From positions 736,001 through 800,000 of the forward strand of contig CAWFFN010000005.1 of the NCBI GenBank assembly GCA_963815115.1: a DNA stretch of 64,000 nt, given 5' to 3'. Source of the stretch: an uncultured delta proteobacterium. Its GTDB lineage: Bacteria > Desulfobacterota > Binatia > DP-6. Positions 59,379 to 64,000 of this stretch are shown one piece after another. The notes under the pieces are model-generated. The model saw nothing but the letters and a program-made list of their open reading frames with translations. It was not told where the DNA came from and made no database searches. Position numbers and translations under genes: made by a program. Each line of letters starts with the position of its first letter. The stretch's first letter is position 1.

Positions 59379-60574
59379 CTAGGACGGGACAATGTCCAGA
59401 GAACCCGGACCGGTACAGGTCATTCCTGGCCGGATTCTCCCGGGTCACGTCGGGGCGCGACGTCATCCCGGAGATCGACGGCCTGCGGTTCATCGCCATT
59501 GCGGGCGTGATCGCGCACCACGTCGTCCTATACGCATCTGAGAGCTACGTGGGGGTGCCCGGATCGGCAGAGGTGACGCGATGGGCCCACGCCGGCGCGT
59601 TCGGCGTTCAGCTCTTCTTCGTGATCAGCGGCATGGTGCTCGGCCTGCCGTTCGCGCGCCAGTACATCCAGAGGGGGCCCCCGGTCCGGGTCGGCGCATA
59701 CTTCAAGCGGCGTCTCACTCGCCTCGAGCCTCCGTATCTCGTCAGCCTCGTCACGATCTACCTCGTGAAGGTCGGCGGAAACCTGTCAAGGGCTCGGGCC
59801 CTCGCTCCGAACCTCGTGGCCAGCATGGGATACGTACACGACTTTGTCTACAACCACGACAGCTACATCAGCGGCGTTGCGTGGTCGCTCGAGGTCGAGT
59901 TTCAATTCTACCTGCTCGCGCCGCTCCTTGCGCTCGTCTACCGCCTTCCATCCGTCTCGTCGCGGCGCCTCACACTCATCGCGATGGCGGTCGGTCTCGT
60001 CGCGTTCGTGAGCTGGAATCCCGGCGGTTTCGTTGACAGGTTCCATCTGGGACGATCGATTCTGGTGAACGGCCAGTACTTCTTCGCCGGGATGCTTCTC
60101 GCTGACTGGTACATCGCGTGGCGGGATCCCGGCCCGGAGCACGGCCACCGCGGCTTCGACATCGTGTGCCTGCTCGCGTTTCTCGTGATCTTCGTCAGCA
60201 TCGACCAGTGGCCACGGGAGTATGCGGTCGCAGAGGTGCTGCGCGCCGGCCTGATCGTCCTGTGCTATTGGGCCGTCTTCCACGCGCGCGCGACCCGCTC
60301 GTTCTTTCGAATCCCGACGATCGTCGTCATCGGCGGCATGTGCTACTCCATTTACCTGACGCATAACGCCGTCATCTACCTTGTTGCTCATGTCCTCGTA
60401 GGAATGCCGCATCCCACACTCCAGTGGATAGGACTTGCGGTGCTCGGTCCGCTTGCTTCACTGGTCGTTGGCGCCGGCTTCTTCCGCATGGTCGAGCGAC
60501 CGACGATGCAACGCGACTGGCCGCAGCGGTTGCGCCGGCTCCTGTTCGCCCCGCGCAAGCTAGCGGGAGCGTGA
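59375..60574 (+). CDS. Acyltransferase family 3 (OafA-like membrane O-acyltransferase)
   Basis: EIDGLRFIA, GVQLFFVISG, RRLTRL, WSLEVEFQFY, YSIYLTH; start approximate. Confidence 0.92.
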   Translation: MTRTGQCPENPDRYRSFLAGFSRVTSGRDVIPEIDGLRFIAIAGVIAHHVVLYASESYVGVPGSAEVTRWAHAGAFGVQLFFVISGMVLGLPFARQYIQRGPPVRVGAYFKRRLTRLEPPYLVSLVTIYLVKVGGNLSRARALAPNLVASMGYVHDFVYNHDSYISGVAWSLEVEFQFYLLAPLLALVYRLPSVSSRRLTLIAMAVGLVAFVSWNPGGFVDRFHLGRSILVNGQYFFAGMLLADWYIAWRDPGPEHGHRGFDIVCLLAFLVIFVSIDQWPREYAVAEVLRAGLIVLCYWAVFHARATRSFFRIPTIVVIGGMCYSIYLTHNAVIYLVAHVLVGMPHPTLQWIGLAVLGPLASLVVGAGFFRMVERPTMQRDWPQRLRRLLFAPRKLAGA

Positions 60575-60824
60575 CTGGCCAGCCGCGGCTGCCGGCGGCC
60601 TCACAGAGGACAGGGGAACTTCACGCGCGCAGCGCTGCCAGGGGCTCCGCTCCGCGTCGTCCCGCGGTCGTGAGCAGGCGCGGAACTCCGGATGGCGTGC
60701 GAGACGCAAGGGCCGGCCACGATCTCGGCCGGATCGTCGATCTGAAAGACGCGTCGGCGTCGTGGAGCATCTTGCGGAATGCTCAGTCCCGTCGTGGGAT
60801 CGGTGGTGCGTGCCGCGGGATGGC

Positions 60825-62135
60825 TCACACCATCGTTGCGAGCCGGCGCCGGAGCTGAGAGGCGCCTCCGCGCATGCGGCTGGTGATGAACTCCAGATTC
60901 CGCTGCGACAGGAAGTAGCGGAGCCGTAGGAAGACTTCGGCGTTGTTGAGGCTGAACAGGATACGATGGCGCTTCCAGTTCCCTTCGTTCGCCAGGAGGG
61001 TGCAGCGGGCCGAAACGCCCAAAGTCTGCACGCCAAAAGGAAACTTGAAGGCAAAGTGCAGCGGCTGCGAGTTGACAACCAAGTGGGGTGGGATCTCCGG
61101 GCCGAGTTGGCGCCAACTGCGCTTAGCGACGGAGAACTCGAACCGTGCATTGATGTCCGGGCAGTGGACCACGACGGGCTGAAGCAGGCGGAGGACTGGG
61201 CCCGCATAGCGATGGTGTAGCTGTGCCGCGAGCTCTTCGAATGCCGCCTTGAGTTCCTCCGCCGGCACGTGGCTCGGCGGATCGTATGGCAGATCCGGCG
61301 CCTTCGCATGGTCCTTATCGAACCGTGCTAGCGCCGGCGCGGAGTCGTAGGGGACGTCGAGGTCAAACACGTCGCCAGGGTAAAGGACAGCCACGTCAAC
61401 GGTCTTCGCGCGGCAGAAGTCAACCACATCGCGGACACCGTTCGCATAGTCGTTCATGTATCGATTGTCCTGCGTCGAGAAGTACACGAAACTGGCGAAC
61501 GGAATGGTAGTACGGGCGCCGAGATCGAGGTGGTTCCGCGCCACCTTCTCCAAGACGCTGTGCGCCAGAACGGTGAGACGTCGTTCGCGCTCCGGCATAC
61601 CCGAGTAGCCCGCGAGCGAGAATTGGTTGAGTACTACATCTGCGGTACCAATGTCCCGGCGGATGAGCTTGCAGTCCGGCGTGCGGATCTCCGCGTCATT
61701 GACGTTCACGAGCACGCGCCCCTCGCTGCGCACCGCGAGACACGAGTTCATCAAACCTTCCTGGTAGCAGTAGACATCGCAGGACGGGGTGAGCTGGACC
61801 GTCTTGCGATGGGGCAGAGCTCGAAACTCGCGAAAGCCCAGACGGCGGAACGCGTCGAACATCTTGTCCGAGTTGTTCCTTTGAAAGAGCACGGTGACGC
61901 GCTCCTTGAACGCCGATGGGAGGGCTCGTAGCGTAGGGATGTGAAAGTGGTCCGGGTGCTCGTGCGAAATCCACAGGTAGGCGATCTCGTCAAGCCATTT
62001 CGGGTCCCAGCATGCTGGCGGGTACAACGACCAAGACTCGTTGAATGCTTTTCCCGCTAGCCACGGATCGGTCCATATTCGGACGTCCCCTGCCTGCACA
62101 ATGACGGACGCGTGGGAGACTAGTTGGATCTGCAT
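60825..62135 (-). CDS. MBL-fold protein, UlaG/CMP-Neu5Ac hydroxylase-like, no Rieske domain
   Basis: HAS...TDPWLAGKAFNESW, ISHEHPDH, NVND, IPFASF. Confidence 0.8.
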   Translation of the reverse strand: MQIQLVSHASVIVQAGDVRIWTDPWLAGKAFNESWSLYPPACWDPKWLDEIAYLWISHEHPDHFHIPTLRALPSAFKERVTVLFQRNNSDKMFDAFRRLGFREFRALPHRKTVQLTPSCDVYCYQEGLMNSCLAVRSEGRVLVNVNDAEIRTPDCKLIRRDIGTADVVLNQFSLAGYSGMPERERRLTVLAHSVLEKVARNHLDLGARTTIPFASFVYFSTQDNRYMNDYANGVRDVVDFCRAKTVDVAVLYPGDVFDLDVPYDSAPALARFDKDHAKAPDLPYDPPSHVPAEELKAAFEELAAQLHHRYAGPVLRLLQPVVVHCPDINARFEFSVAKRSWRQLGPEIPPHLVVNSQPLHFAFKFPFGVQTLGVSARCTLLANEGNWKRHRILFSLNNAEVFLRLRYFLSQRNLEFITSRMRGGASQLRRRLATMV

Positions 62136-62783
62136 CGGGCGTCCCTACCCTGGACCGTGGAGGCCACCGTCATCTTTGTGGCTCGCTTCGCCTCAAACGT
62201 TTACCGCGTCGTGCGCCTGCCCGCCAGAGGGATGGACCACGTCAACCGAGCTCATGAGGCACGGCCATCGTCATCTTCACTCCTTCCCTCCCGTGTGTAC
62301 GCGCAAGCCGCCCATAGTTGGCGGAGAATCAGCCGGGTCGAGATGATGGCCGCGAACAGGCAGGACGGCTCCTGTGTGGCCGAGGGTTCGACGTGGCTCT
62401 TGAGGAGCCTCACGCCCCCCTCTTGGACGGCGTTCAATCGTCACCGTCTGGCCGAAGAGCGCATGCCCCGACGGCGTCGCGGGGGATTGCCGGAGAGCGG
62501 GCTCAGTAACGTCGACGTCGGGGCGGCGCGCGACGGCATCCTGGGGACGTGCCCATCGCGCACGGCGCGAAGAACTTCGTCTTGGTCACCACCGACAGGG
62601 CCGTGCAGATGCCACGGGCACTACCAAGTGGGACGACGCCAAGGCTGGTGCATGGTGGTCCAGGGCTCCAGAGCCAGGCGCGGTCGCTTCGTTGCGGTGC
62701 GGTAGCCGACGCAGCACCGCCGGCCAATTGCATCGCCACGACGGCATCCGCAGCGCCCGACCCGACCACGCCTCTCTCCACCT

Positions 62784-64000
62784 CTACTCGTTCGCGTGAT
62801 CGCGCGGTGCGGTGACCATCGGGAAGTGATCCGTGCGGAAGGGCGAGGCGGGCAGCCCAGCTTTGTTCCACAGGTTGACCATCGGATAGTTCTCCCAACC
62901 AAAGCGCACGGCGACAGGCTGTGCGACTTGCGGACTGGACACGATGATCTTCTCGCCTTCAATGTCGGCTACGGCAGACACGAACTTCCGATCTGCACCC
63001 GCCACGGCAAAACCAGCCAACTTCCCGCCCTTTGCGACCAAGCCGCCGCCGACATGGGTGAAGCTCAAAACAGCGCGATTGCCCTCGATCTTCAGGCCAG
63101 AATACACCGGCCCCGAATACTCGATCTCTTCGCCATAAGCGATAGCGCGCGCGGCCAGCGCCAGCCGTTCGCCCACCTGGCGTTTCTCTTTTGGATGAAT
63201 GTCGCGTTCTTCACCGACATCTGTGATGACGGCCATCCCGGTCTTCGGCAATTCCAGGGTCAGCGATTGCGCTTCGCGCAGTTCCGGCCACGTGCCTGCC
63301 GCTGGTGGTGCGTACGGCGCAAGCTGTACAAACACGAACGGCAGGTCATTTCCCCTATCCCGTCCGAATGTTTTGCGCCAATCCTGAATCATCGCAGGAA
63401 AGGTCCCTCGGTATTCGTAGGCACGAGTCGCATTCGCTTCACCCTGATACCAGATCACGCCGCGCATCGCGTATGGAACCAACGGCGCGATCATCCCGTT
63501 GTACAGGCCCGCGGGACGATTCTGATGTTCCGGCCCCATCGGTTTGGCGGGCGCTGCCGGTGCGGGCGTCCCTGCCTCCTTGGCATCGGCGGCATCCCGT
63601 TTGTATGTGTCCATCGCGGCGTCCCACGTGGCTTTGTGTTGAGGCCAGGCGGCAACAGACGTGGCGTAACGAGCGCGAACTCCGGCAAAAGCTGGATCAC
63701 TCGCCACGACGCGACCGCTCGTCCACGATTCGACTGGCGTACCGGCGTATGAAGCATTGATCAAACCAACGGGCACACCGTGCCGCGCCAGTTGCAACGC
63801 GCGACCGAAGAAATACCCGACAGCAGAAAAGTTCGCGGCCGAAGTTGGCGTGCATTCCCACCAGTTACCTCTGACATCGGCGACAGGCGCATCCTGCGGA
63901 TTGCGGGGCACGGTGAAGAACCGAAGCGTCGGATGGTTCGCTGCCGCAATATCGGCATGTGCGTTGGTGGTGTGCGACAGGGGAAATGCCATATTCGATT
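62784..64000 (-). CDS. Sialate O-acetylesterase (SASA) family, 5' end beyond the window
   Basis: Window ends in the (G)QSNM motif; FSAVGYFF, WYQGEAN, DIHPKEK, LPASPFRTD. Confidence 0.92.
   Translation of the reverse strand, partial: SNMAFPLSHTTNAHADIAAANHPTLRFFTVPRNPQDAPVADVRGNWWECTPTSAANFSAVGYFFGRALQLARHGVPVGLINASYAGTPVESWTSGRVVASDPAFAGVRARYATSVAAWPQHKATWDAAMDTYKRDAADAKEAGTPAPAAPAKPMGPEHQNRPAGLYNGMIAPLVPYAMRGVIWYQGEANATRAYEYRGTFPAMIQDWRKTFGRDRGNDLPFVFVQLAPYAPPAAGTWPELREAQSLTLELPKTGMAVITDVGEERDIHPKEKRQVGERLALAARAIAYGEEIEYSGPVYSGLKIEGNRAVLSFTHVGGGLVAKGGKLAGFAVAGADRKFVSAVADIEGEKIIVSSPQVAQPVAVRFGWENYPMVNLWNKAGLPASPFRTDHFPMVTAPRDHANE

Noticed and set aside
62136-62783. Short ORFs in the long gap of the terminal block
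   Set aside because: No recognisable motif; possibly decayed sequence

Overview
GC-rich bacterial chromosomal window, densely coding, with about 60 genes. A secreted Cys-rich/beta-helix protein style, the 'ERALMLAVLEDA...WPFSF' hypothetical family and the gene content suggest Candidatus Binatia/Deltaproteobacteria-like origin (inference). Housekeeping genes include maeA, gltA, dinB, thiS-thiG, thiE, alr-purH-purD-tsaC and thyX. Also present are lipid/acyl-CoA catabolic genes, olsB-olsA, an ECF sigma/anti-sigma pair, two VapC toxin-antitoxin modules, two IS remnants and two frameshifted genes. The most notable locus is a translationally coupled minus-strand operon: HIT, a fungal Egt1-like EgtD-EgtB fusion, an uncharacterised enolase-superfamily enzyme, a betaine-type ABC transporter and a small membrane protein. 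It has no egtA/egtC/egtE, which suggests a variant ergothioneine/aromatic-betaine system. Other notable loci are a sigma54-type promoter ahead of a beta-helix / tandem Rid / CxxCH-PD40-TPR / multiheme cytochrome cluster, a REPIN-like element, and an IS-bordered, more AT-rich block (acyltransferase-3, CMAH-like MBL, sialate O-acetylesterase). No rRNA, tRNA or CRISPR array was seen. All family calls are from motifs recognised by eye, not from database searches.
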